Program-made: the position numbers and the translations under genes
Notes under the pieces: model-generated
What the model saw: the letters and a program-made list of their open reading frames with translations, nothing else
The model's database searches: none
Told to the model about the DNA's origin: nothing
Part shown: piece by piece, positions 1 to 12,100 of the stretch
Layout: the number at the start of each line of letters is the position of its first letter
How positions within the stretch are numbered: position 1 is the first letter of the stretch
Assembly: GCA_002269645.1 (NCBI GenBank)
Contig: NIVC01001008.1
Coordinates: forward strand, 62,001 to 126,000
Source of the DNA: Macrostomum lignano
Taxonomy: Eukaryota
Reading direction: 5' to 3'
DNA: 64,000 bases

Positions 1-229
1 CCATCTTAAACAACAGCGTAAAAGTTAAAATTAATCAAAAAATAGTTTACGAATATTCAGTTTGCTGTTTCTTGGAAAAATTTCCGACAAAATAGTAATG
101 CAAATAAGCCACATTATCAGCAACAACATACCTGACATTAGGAGGACATTATAAAAAACCACTTGCATGTACAAAAAGCAATACAAAAGCAAAGGATATT
201 GTGCCTTTTATCTGCTTTCGGGTGTACGT

Positions 230-648
230 AATCCATCCTGTTCTTTCACTTGGGAAATAGATTAGCAATCCATCCTGTTCTTTCACTTGGGAAATAGATT
301 AGCAATCCATCCTGTTCTTTCACTTGGGAAATAGATTAGCAATCCATCCCGTTCTGTCACTTGGGAAATAGATTAGCAATCCATCCTGTTCTGTCACTTG
401 GGAAATAGATTAGCAATCCATCCCGTTCTGTCACTTGGGAAATAGATTAGCAATCCATTCTGTTCTGTCACTTGGAAAATAGATTAGCAATCCATCCCGT
501 TCTGTCACTTGGGAAATATATTAGCAATCCATCCCGTTCTGTCACTTGGGAAATAGATTAGCAATCCATCCTGTTCTGTCACTTGGAAAATAGATTAGCA
601 ATCCATCCCGTTCTGTCACTTGGGAAATATATTAGCAATCCATCCTGT
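230..648. repeat. 37-bp minisatellite (~11 units)
   Basis: Unit aatccatcctgttct(t/g)tcacttgggaaatagattagc; shares the core tagattagcaatccat with the arrays at 26533, 32025 and 35517. Confidence 0.95.
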
Positions 649-790
649 GTCTTCCTCATGGAGATCAAGCTTCATCGCTTTTTAGTTTGCATCAAAGAAT
701 TAGACAAATATGAATTGTGAGTCCTGTCAATGATTGTTGTGAATTTTTACACTCATTCAGTTAAACGGGTTCATACTTCAAAAGTGCCGC

Positions 791-2698
791 CTAGTTGTTG
801 CCTTCGGGCGGCGGCATCGGCTGGCTTGGCATCCCAGCGGCAGCTTCATACGGCGGCGGCTTGTCGCCAAGGTCGGCATCGGTTGGAGCGCTGGCGGCAG
901 TGCCGGGCGGCGGCATGTAGCAGGCATTGTAGGCCGGCGGCATCGGCGCCCCCGCGGCGGCGGTATTGGGATAGTTAAAAGACGAATTGTCGTAGGCGGC
1001 CGGTTGCTGCAGCGGCGGTGGCGGCGGGTGCTGCTGCTGCACCGGGTAGCTGCCGGGCGGTGCCGGCGGCAGGTCGCTACGAGTTCCAGCGCCAGTTCCG
1101 GCCGTTTCGCGCCGTCGCTGAGCTGCCACAGCCCGATGGTAGAACGCCATCCGGGTGCCGAACACGGCGAGCACGGTGAGGCCGCCGATGATCAGGCCGA
1201 TGGACCAGTAGGGAAACGAGAAAAAACTGCTCGAAGACTTTTTGCTACTCAGAGTCCGGTCAAGCGTAGTGAGGTTGTGGAATTCGCTCTCTCCGCCGAT
1301 GCTGCTGCTGCACAAGTAGCGAAGATCCTTCCAGCAGTTCTCGCGGTAGTACGAGTTGAATCTGTAGATCACGCAGCGGCAGCTGCCAGTTGAACAGCCG
1401 GAGCTACTGGAGCTTGAGCTGTAGAACTTGAGACTACCGCTAGAGCTGAAAAATCGGGAGCAGAGGGAGGGAGTGAGTAATAAATGTTCAGTATAGGAGC
1501 TTGGGCATTAACTACGATGCAACTAGCAATAGAGTCAATTGGTAACAAATTGAGACAAGTAGCTTGATGTTAATTAGTTCACCTGATAAGAGAGTAAGAC
1601 ACTGTAGAGATACTGTAATTGATGTTAATTAGTTCACCTGATAAGAGAGTAAGACACTGAGAAGATAATTGATGTTAATTAGTTCACCTGATAAGAGAGT
1701 AAGACACTGTAGAGATAATTGATGTTAATTAGTTCACCTGATAAGAACGTAAGACACTGAGAAGATAATTGATGTTAATTAGTTCACCTGATAAGAGAGT
1801 AAGACACTGTAGAGATAATTGATGTTAATTAGTTCACCTGATAAGAACGTAAGACACTGAGAAGATAATTGATGTTAATTAGTTCACCTGATAAGAGAGT
1901 AAGACACTGTAGAGATAATTGATGCTAATTAGTTCACCTGGTAAAAGCGTAAGACAGGAAGCTGTTGTGCTCTGCTTACCTGACGAGAAACTTATTAGCG
2001 TCCAAAAAGTACACTCCAGACGAAGAGTCGGCGGCCCCAAGCCACACCTTTGTCAAGCTAGACCAGCCTGAACTCGAAATTGCCGATTTAAGCGCGCTGC
2101 TGGAGTCAAAGCTCAAGGCTAAATTAGCTCGCACCTGGCGGCACGCGCCGAGGGCGGTATTAAAAGTGGTCCCTGATGCGTCGGGACGCGCAGAGCCGAA
2201 GCACTTATTGTTGTAGGAGACCCACCAGGATGGACAGCCGTGAACGGCCTCAATGTCTAGCATGATCAGCTCGTTGTAGAATGGAGACGGCAGGCTGCTG
2301 GACAAGATGGCGTACAGGCTGTTTCCAGGCGTGGCGAATGCCCGGTACACGGTATCATTGGAGGAAGTCAGGGAAGCAACGAACTCGCCTCCAGAGCCAT
2401 GGTTGGTGCTCAGGCTGAGCCGCGTATACGTTGACTTCAGGCTGCCGTTGACCCGGATGTAATAATAGGCGGATGTTAGCAGGTTGTTGCGGATAAGCAC
2501 GTGGCATGTTGGTACAGCTTCGCTGATTTCTAGTCGAAGGCCAAACTGGGTTTCCGTTGGAGTGAAGTAGGCAGGGCTGGACCCATCGCTGCAGTTGTAC
2601 ACGGGAAAAGAGGCGCTTTGGCTAGAAACGCCTGGCAACAGAATCAGCGGCAGCAGAAGCAGCTGCAGCAGGAACACTGGATGCTCGAGGCGACACAT
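791..2698 (-). CDS. Type I membrane protein: signal peptide, CUB-like domain, C-type lectin-like domain, TM, Pro-rich PPxY tail (paralog 1)
   Basis: Exons 2698-1980 and 1445-791, phase-2 intron (AG|GTAAGC ... tttttcag|C). Signal peptide MCRLEHPVFLLQLLLLPLILLPGVSS; CTLD pattern CPSWW...KCF...C...WLGA...CRCV...CWKDLRYLC; TM WSIGLIIGGLTVLAVFG; PPAY and PPPY in the tail. The CUB assignment rests on pattern only. Confidence 0.85.
1564..1956. repeat. 50-bp intronic minisatellite
   Basis: Unit ttgatgttaattagttcacctgataagagagtaagacactgtagagataa, about 8 copies. Confidence 0.95.
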
Positions 2699-2767
2699 TG
2701 CCGATTGAGGCAGAAGTGGCAAAAGAAGATTGTGGCATTTATTACAATTGATTGCTCATAAACCTAG

Positions 2768-3581
2768 GAGAGGCAGATTCAATGAGTTGAGGGGGAGCTG
2801 AGACTCTGAGAGGCAGATTCAATGAGTTGAGGGGGAGCTGAGACTCTGAGAAGCAGATTCAATGAGTTGAGGGGGAGCTGAGACTCTGAGAAGCAGATTC
2901 AATGAGTTGAGGGGGAGCTGAGACTCTGAGAGGCAGATTCAATGAGTTGAGGGGGAGCTGAGACTCTGAGAGGCAGATTCAATGAGTTGAGGGGGAGCTG
3001 AGACTCTGAGAGGCAGATTCAATGAGTTGAGGGGGAGCTGAGACTCTGAGAGGCAGATTCAATGAGTTGAGGGGAGCTGAGAGGCACATTCAATGAGTTG
3101 AGGGGGAGCTGAGACTCTGAGAAGCAGATTCAATGAGTTGAGGGGGAGCTGAGACTCTGAGAGGCAGATTCAATGAGTTGAGGGGGAGCTGAGACTCTGA
3201 GAGGCAGATTCAATGAGTTGAGGGGGAGCTGAGACTCTGAGAGGCAGATTCAATGAGTTGAGGGGGAACTGAGACTCTGAAAGGCAGATTCAATGAGTTG
3301 AGGGGAGCTGAGAGGCACATTCAATGAGTTGAGGGGGAGCTGAGAGGCAGATTCAATGAGTTGAGGGGGAGCTGAGAGGCAGATTCAATGAGTTGAGGGG
3401 GAGCTGAGAGGCACATTCAATGAGTTGAGGGGGAGCTGAGAGGCAGATTCAATGAGTTGAGGGGGAGCTGAGAGGCAGATTCAATGAGTTGAGGCGGAGC
3501 TGAGAGGCAGATTCAATGAGTTGAGGGGGAGCTGAGAGGCAGATTCAATGAGTTGAGGCGGAGCTGAGAGGCAGATTCAAT
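2768..3581. repeat. 40/32-bp G-rich minisatellite
   Basis: Unit gagaggcagattcaatgagttgagggggagct(gagactct); the right part uses the 32-bp form. Confidence 0.95.
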
Positions 3582-4232
3582 AAACGAGCTTCACTAAACA
3601 TACTGTTTGTTGTACTAATACTATTTTCAGGTTCTAAATATTAGCACAAGGAACTGAGAACAAAGAAAGAAAAACAAAAATTAACAAATATATATACGGG
3701 TCTATCGCAATAAGCTTTACAAAGGCACATGAACAGACAATCTTTAGAGCCTCTGATCCCCCTTTTACGGGTTTGAGAAAAAAAATAAGATTATGTTACA
3801 AAGATCTAAGATTAAACAGTACAATATAAACTAAGAACTTTTGATTTTTTGCAAAACATTTTTGCCAGAAAATTACGACTATTGGACGGATGAACTAGAC
3901 ACAGCAGCAGTAGACATTCGCAACAATGTACTTTATAAACTAAGAAAATGTAGTCTTTGTTAAATAAATACAAGAATACTTGTATCTGAAGGTGTGAAGG
4001 AAAAAATGTAAAAAAAATTACAGGTTACACAAAAACAATGCAAAGTATGCCAGAAATATTTGGCCACATAAAATAAGCGATCACAGCGAAGCAATGCATC
4101 GAGAGTCTGCAGACCAGGGAAATAGCTTAGTCTGTCAGGTAGCTGGTGCTGCTCCATAAAGGGCCAGGAATTCCGCTCATTTCAACTAACAGATTAGCAA
4201 GATAGGCAACAAGCGATGCAACTTCGATGCCA

Positions 4233-5882
4233 TCAGGCTTCGCTGGCGCCACCGTCGTCGCCAAAGGCGGCCAGAGCGGCAGCGTAGGACGGCGGAGGCT
4301 CCGGCTGGTTCGGCGAGTCCTCGACCGAGTCGGCTGATGCGGCGGTCAGCGCGGACGGACTCGGCGTGGCTGCGGCTGCCGCTTCAGCGTAGCTCGGAGG
4401 TCCTTCGTCATCATCTGGCGGAGCATACAATTCAGCACCGGTGCCGGACTCTGCTGCATTGGTTTCCATGACAACCGAGTCCGAGTCTATTGAGTTCAAA
4501 ATCTCCGACACCGCAGCCGCCACATCGTAGCTCGGCGGGCCGCCGTCGGCCGAATCGTCCACTGCGACGTCAATGTTTCCAGGATCCGTAGCAACGGTTG
4601 CCGTAGCAACTGACTCAGTCTGAGAGTTTGCCACATCTTCCAGATCGGGCGTGCCGCCATCGCGCACACCGCTGGCAGCTCGAGAACGCGTGAATCGCAG
4701 ACACCTGCGCAGCCGGGACCGAAGCCGGCTCAGGCAGGTGCGCAGTCGCGAGGCCGGCCTGCTGGTGGGGCAGTCATTGTCTCGCGCGAAAAACAGCCCA
4801 AACAGGACAGCGCCAAAAAGACAGCCAAAGATTAACAGCCCGCAGCTGAAGCCGGAGCAAACTTTTTCGTCATCAGAGACAAGAGATCCGTCCAACAAGT
4901 CATCGAGGCCGTCCAAGTCGTAAACCGGTCGGACTAAACAGTCAGCGCAGCCGCTGCACAGGTAGGGCAGCTTCTTGTCGCAGTCAGCCAAGAAGTATTC
5001 GCCCTTAGCAACAAACACGCAGCGGCAAGACCAGCGCGAACAGTTCATCGAGATGCCGTGGCTGAAGTCCCGAGACTCTTCCACCCTGCAGAGAAAAAGT
5101 TTCGATTCAATCGATTTAAAAAAGATCGAAAAAATGCTCATTAACTAGTAGAAGACTCACACAAGAGGCAGCCCGAGCTCCTTGGCACTGAGAAAGTACA
5201 CCGAGTACTTGCTGGCTGCCGCCCCGATCCACACCGGCTGATCGGGTGGCCAGCCTGAGGCGGACAGGCCGCTCCTCAACTCACTGACGGACCCGAAGTC
5301 CATCGCCAGGTTGGCTCCCACGTGACGGCACCCAGTCACCGCCTCGTCGAACGACGCAAACGAGTTCTCTACAGACGCCGCACCGTAGCAGCTGCCGTTG
5401 CTGTAGAACCAGTTCCTGGGACACTTCGTCACCAGCTCGATGTCCAGCAGCACCTCATCTGATGAGCCCGCCAGAGATGGGCTGCTCAGGCTGGCATAGA
5501 TGCTCCAATACTGCATTGCGAATGCTCGGTACAAGCCCTGGTTTTTGTGCGTCACCATGGCGACCTGCGAGCCGCCGAGCTGGCGAGTGCGCAGAATCAG
5601 CACTGAGGACTGATGGCGAAGCTGGCCGATCAGTCTGACATAGAAATGCCACCTGCTGGCTCCGGTGGCGCTGCCGACAAGCAGCGAGTGGCAGGAGCGG
5701 CTGCCGCCTGCGCCGCCGATGCTCAACCGCAGCTGCAGCGACTCGCCGGGCCGGATCGACCTCGGAGCTGGCGATCCTGCGGCTGCGTTGCTGCAGTTGA
5801 GCAGCGGCCCGCCGCCCGCCACCACCAGCGGCAGCAGCAGCGGCAGCAGCAACAGCAGCGACAGAGGCAGATTGGCTTGTGA
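4233..5882 (-). CDS. Type I membrane protein: CUB-like + C-type lectin-like + TM + 3x PPSY tail (paralog 2); start codon not in the local sequence
   Basis: Exons 5882-5161 and 5085-4233, 75-nt phase-2 intron at the same position as in paralog 1. CPRNW...SCY...C...WIGA...CRCV...CDKKLPYLC; TM CGLLIFGCLFGAVLFGLFF; three PPSY motifs. The hydrophobic signal peptide begins right after the acceptor tttcag at 5883. Confidence 0.8.
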
Positions 5883-6177
5883 CTGAAAGCATAATTTACA
5901 GAATAATATTAGATACCTTGGACTGAAGTGCCTACTACATATATATAGTAGAAGATTCGAGCCAGCGAAATTAGCAAAACTTTCCTAGACGATGTGAAAT
6001 TTCCAGATTATGAAGTTTCTAGCTTGTCTGTTTTGGCCTTAGGTCTATCAAAATTTAAATAAATCGACAAGAAAACAGCACAGTTTTTCGAGAAACAAGA
6101 CAAAATGCAATGTTCTACTTTGCCGATCGGTTTAACGCTTTTTCACTTCGTCAGAAAATGCAATTCTACGAGCTAAT

Positions 6178-9100
6178 TCACTGACTATCACCAGGCGCGT
6201 CCAGCACCCAGATTCTCTTCTGCATCCGGTCAGCAGACGGCGCTGGGAACAGCGCATCCCGCACGCAGGCGTCCAGTTCCTCCAGCGCCAGGCGCACCTG
6301 CACCAATGCGGCCTCGTCTCGTTCGACCGATTCGGCCAGCCGCAGAGCCCGGTGCAGCTCGGACAGACAGGCGGCCGGCAGACCGGCCAGGCTGAGGCGG
6401 TCGCAGGCGCGCACCAGCTGGCAGAGGAGGTGAGCGGCCGCCCGTCTCGGCAGCGGGTCCGGATCCGAGCGTAGCAGCGAGCAGGCGCAGCCGAGAATCT
6501 CCTGCAGCCCGACTGACGGCCTGTCCAGGCACCACCAGCGCTGACGGCCGCACAGTTCGGCGAGGCAGCTGACGGCGCTGGCACGCAGCTGCGGCTCCGG
6601 GTCGCGGGCACCTAGCAGAAGCGGCCCAACTATGCGACTGGTCTGGCTGGGAAGCAGCTCGTTCAAATAGCGGCTGCAGCGGACCATTGACTGCGGTGGC
6701 GGTGGCGGGTTCGTTTGCACTAGCCAAGCATGAGGAATGCAGCTTGTGAAGATTGAGGCTGTGGGAATGCAGCTTGTGAAGATTGAGGCTGTGGGAATGC
6801 AGCTTGTGAAGATTGAGACTGTGGGAATGCAGCTTGTGAAGATTGAGACTGTGGGAATGCAGCTTGTGAAGAATGAGGCTGTGGGAATGCAGCTTGTGAA
6901 GATTGAGACTGTGGGAATGCAGCTTGTGAAGATTGAGGCTGTGGGAATGCAGCTTGTGAAGATTGAGACTGTGGGAATGCAGCTTGTGAAGATTGAGACT
7001 GTGGGAATGCAGCTTGTGAAGAATGAGGCTGTGGGAATGCAGCTTGTGAAGATTGAGACTGTGGGAATGCAGCTTGTGAAGAATGAGGCTGTGGGAATGC
7101 AGCTTGTGAAGATTGAGACTGTGGGAATGCAGCTTGTGAAGATTGAGGCTGTGGGAATGCAGCTTGTGAAGATTGAGACTGTGGGAATGCAGCTTGTGAA
7201 GATTGAGACTGTGGGAATGCAGCTTGTGAAGAATGAGGCTATGGGAATGCAGCTTGTGAAGATTGAGGCTGTGGGAATGCAGCTTAGGAACTGCGGGAAT
7301 GCAGTTGAAGAGAGCAAACCCCTGACAGTAGATGATCGACATGAAGCTTCCTGAATCACCTCGCCAATTCGTAGCCGCAGCTCTGTGGATCGCCGTCGCC
7401 CTTCGGCGCCGCCTGGTCCGTCGCCGGGCCCAAAGAGGCCGGCCAGCAGTGGCAGCAGGCGGTCGGGCAGCTGGCAGGCCAGCACAGCCAGTGCCTCGGC
7501 GGCGGGCAGGTGCACATAGCTGTCAGGATGATCGGCGCACATCTGCAACAGCCGGGCGCAGGCGTCGGCTAGGCGGGGACCGCGCGGAGCGCCGGCGCGC
7601 AGCTGTCGCGTCAGCGCCAAAATGCCGGCGCCCATTCGCGGCGGCTCGCCAGACTGGATGTCGGCGAAGACGGCACGGTAGGCGGCTGGCGCCTAGGAGG
7701 AACCAGGACACCGTTTGAGGTCATTTAAAATAGAATTGAGGGACAAAAGTACAAAGTAGAATGTACTTAGTTATTTGCTAATCAAGGCGACAGTCGACCC
7801 GCAGCCAGCCAGAAGGCAAGCAGTCGTCATGCCCATTTTTCTGACCTCTGAGCAGGCACACGCACCCGCTCACACAGGGTGTACAACGGTCCTTGAATTT
7901 CTTATCGTCAGGCATGTAAACACACAGGCGGTTGACACAAGCACCGGGCAAATATTTGTGCACGAGCCCCAAATTAATTATAGGCCACGAACGTAATTGA
8001 TCCCTGGACAGTTGTTCCAATCCAGTGACCCAATTATCGAATATGAAAACCATAACAGTATGGATCTAAGTCTCTATGACCGTAATGTTATGAATCAGGG
8101 CGTCAAATCACGGAAACTTGAGGGTCTGGGGGGGAGAGACGATAAATACTTACAGGAAGTTAATATCAAAGGCAGCATCAATTATCAAAGTCACCAATCA
8201 ATCATCAAAGATATCAATCAATTATCAGACATTAATCAATCATCAAAATCAATTATTAATTACCAAGGATAAACAATCATCTAACGCATCAATAAATCAT
8301 CAAAAGGATCAATCAATGATGAAATGCATCAATCATCAAATGCATCAATCAATCATGAAATGCATCAATCAATCATAATATGCATCAATCAATCATGAAA
8401 TGCAATAATCAATCATGAAATGCATCAATCAATCATCAAATGCATCAATCATTCATGAAATGCAATAATCAATCATCAAATGCATCAATCAATCATCAAA
8501 TGCAATAATCAATCATCAAATGCATCAATCAATCATCAAATGCATCAATCATTCATGAAATGCATCAATCAATCATCAAATGCATCAATCAATCATGAAA
8601 TGCATCAATCAATCATCAAATGCAATAATCAATCATGAAATGCATCAATCATTCATGAAATGCAATAATCAATCATCAAATGCATCAATCAATCATCAAA
8701 TGCATCAATCATTCATGAAATGCAATAATCAATCATCAAATGCATCAATCAATCATCAAATGCATCAATCAATCATCAAATGCATCAATCAATCATGAAA
8801 TGCAATAATCAATCATGAAATGCAATAATCAATCATCAAATGCATCAATCAATCATCAAATGCATCAATCAATCATCAAATGCATCAATCAATCATCAAA
8901 TGCATCAATCAATCATCAAATGCATCAATCATTCATGAAATGCAATAATCAATCATCAAATGCATCAATCATGAAATGCATCAATCAATCATGAAATGCA
9001 TCCATCAATCATGAAATGCGCCCACCTCTCCTTCCTCGTCTTCGACTTCCTTCTCCGTCTTCTCCTCGTCGCCGGGATTCAACAGAGCCGACCCCGACAG

Positions 9101-12100
9101 TAGAAGGTCCGACACTGCCGTGGGCCGCGTCCGACACGCCTCGTCGATGTCATCGCCGACGCTCACCCGGCCGAGGGTGGCCGTCCGCACAGCCAAGCTG
9201 CGGGCCAGCTGACGTGTTGCCTCCGGAAGGTCGGGACGGCCGGCCGCCTCCAGCAGCGTCGGTGTCAGCGCTGCGACCTCGGCGTTGCCGCCGGCCGAGT
9301 GCAGGCCGAGCGTCACCGCCGACACGATCGACAGGGCGAGCTCGAGCGATTCGCGCCGCTGCTCATCCAGCTCGGCTGACGAAGCCGCCGATGGCAGCAT
9401 TGTGTGCCGCAGCAGCGACTGGCACAGGCTGGCCAAGTCGGCCGGCTGGGCGGTTGAGAAAACTCGCTCTGCCAGCCGCGGCTCCTGGCACAGGCGGACA
9501 AGCGCGGACAGCTGGCCGAGGCCCATGCAGCCACCGTTGGTTGAGAACGAATCGGACAGATCTTTGAGCAGCCGGCCGAACAACCTGCCGGACAGGCCCG
9601 GACGACCGGAACTGTCGCTGGTTGAGTCGAGCAGCGCCAAAACAACATCCGCAGCGATCAGGCGCAGCGCCGGATCGCTGACATCCGGGAGCTGGACGTG
9701 GCGCGGGCGAACTAGGATCGAATCTGAATGAGATAGGCAGCGTTTGAAATTGTGCACAGATTTTTTTGATATACAAAATAATACCCAGATACTTATATTT
9801 TACTATTAGTAGTTCACATAACTCTTTTTTGAGTAACCTTTTTCTTGACTTTTTACTTACTAAAGTAGGCTAGTTCGACTTTCATAGCTTCAGTTTCTTC
9901 ATAGATCTGAAGGCTGCGTACGGCTGTTCAGTCCAAGGACTGAGGGGTCGCCACACACCCCCTCAATTACTCAGTTAATGCTGGCACCCATTTTACAGCT
10001 GGGTGAACTGAAGCAATACAGAGTTAAGTGTCTTACTCAAGGACACAAATTGTTCCGAGTGGGATCGGGAATCGAACCGCCAACCTTCAAGTCGTGAGTC
10101 CGACGCTGTTGACTCAATCCCCGTGTTTCTTATCTGATTATATTGAATTGAGCAATGCCAGAGAGCTAGAATAATGTACCTGGCAAGGAGAATTCCACGC
10201 TAGGCAGGTGACCGCCGTTCACCGGCTCACTCAGCAGGCGGTGCAGCAGACCGGTCCCCAGCTCCAACGGGTAGACTGCGGTAAATACAGACAGAGAGGC
10301 TGTAAGTCGATCGCACAGTTGGGCAAGATCGCCACCACGCTGTTGCTGTTTCCGCTGCTGCAGTTCCGCAGTTGCTGCAACTAGAAGGTAGAACAAAGGA
10401 TCAATCAGGCCGGCAAGTCGACGCAAGAAATCTGAGTCGGTCTGCTTGACGCAGGAGAGCAGGATGCTCAACCGGCTGAGCGGCTCTGTCAGATTCACAG
10501 CGTCTTCTGGTGCAGATCCAGCAGGGCATGAAGCATCTTTATTCGATGCCGCAGGCTTATTCGATCTAATGACGTCATCTTCTGGATCAATAGGCTCAGC
10601 AGAGTCGATGACGTCATTATTTGAAGCTGCGTGTCTTTTGGGCGAGATGACGTCATCTTTTGAATCAACAGACTTAGACGAAGTGATGACGTCATTTTTT
10701 GAATCATCAGGCTTAGACGAAGTGATGACGTCATCTTTTGAATCAAAAGACTTAGACGAAGTGGTGACGTTATCGTTTGAAACTGCAAGTTCAGACGCGT
10801 CGGCGCTGGCAGCGGCGGTAGCAGGCCGCCTGGCGGCCAGACAGTTAAAGTCGGCCAGCACGCAGTCGCGAAGCAGCTGGTCGAGAGTCGCCGCCGCCAG
10901 GCTGTTGGCGCCGCCGCACCAGCAGACGATGACGTGACAGCAGGCCGATTGCAACCGCTTATCCGCAGGGCCGAGGCGTCGATAAACTTGAAAAAGCTGC
11001 TTCGCTAGACTGTCCGAAAATTTGGCCGGACAAGCGCTTAGCAGGCCGGTCACGCTGGTCACTTTCTCGGACACCGAGTGTCGACTGTCTCCGGCGCCAG
11101 CGGCCGCCGCGTCGTCAAATACGGCGCCCAGTAGGCCGAGAACGCCGTCAGGTCGTTGAAGGAGCTGCTCGGACAAAAGGTGGGAGGCGGCTCGGACCAG
11201 CCACTTGGCTGCAGAGTCGGGCAGTCTAAAGGGAGGGGTTGGCATCGGGAACAACTGCATGAAAGATGAGCTTGTGGTAATCTTCAAGACTTTCAGGCTT
11301 AAATTATGGAATTCGTTCGGTTTCCAAGAACGGTTTAACTTTAATTTCAAGAAAAGAACGGTTTAACTTTAATTTCAAGAAAGAACTCAGATCAGTTTTG
11401 ACATGAAATTCGAGTCAGTTTCGGGATGGAATTTGGGCCAGTTTCGGGATGGAATTCGAGTCAGTTTCGCGATTGAATTCGGGCCAGTTTCGGGATGGAA
11501 TTCGGGCAGTTTCGGAATGGAATTCAGGTCGAAGGATGGAATTCAGGCCAGTTTCGGGGTGGAAGTCGGGCCAGTTTTAAGATGGAATTCAAGCCAGTTT
11601 CGTGATGGAATTCGGGCCAGTTTCGGCATGGAATTCGGGTTAATTTCGGTCTGCCAACCCGCTGCCTCACCCGGCCCTCCTGTGCAGGCAGAGCAGCTCT
11701 CGCATGGCGGTCGCGCAGGGCAGGCGGCTCAGCAGGCCGTGCAGCCGCCGCCTGGCCGCCGTCCGCTCCGCCAGCCCGTCCGGCGCGGCGGCCTCCGGGC
11801 CGAAGGACAGCTGCAGCAGCACCGCCAGCCTGTCCGCCAAGAATCGGCCAGCCGCTACAGCCACCGCGCCATCACCCTCTGTCCACCGGCCGAGAGTTTC
11901 GGTCAGCCAGGCCAGCCGACGCCGTCGTTCGGACGCGTCCGATGGAGGCCGGACACGCAGGAGGTTGGCGCCGGCCGTGCCGCTGGCCAACCGGTCGGAG
12001 AGAGGCGGACCGACGCCCGGCGCCAGACAAGGCCGAATGCCGAGGCCGGCTAGGAAATCCAGGCCAGCCTGGGCCAGGGACACGTCGCCAATAGCAACCT

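Noticed and set aside
230-3581. Regular arrays superficially like CRISPR
   Set aside because: Units are contiguous with no unique spacers, there are no cas genes, and the context is eukaryotic.
6230-7354. 370-aa and 205-aa repetitive ORFs (LHKLHSHSLN / MQLVKIEAVG)
   Set aside because: Alternative frames of the 30-bp intronic minisatellite.
10040-10112. tRNA-like sequence
   Set aside because: Only the B-box half is present and it runs into a CORE domain, so it is a SINE head rather than a tRNA gene.
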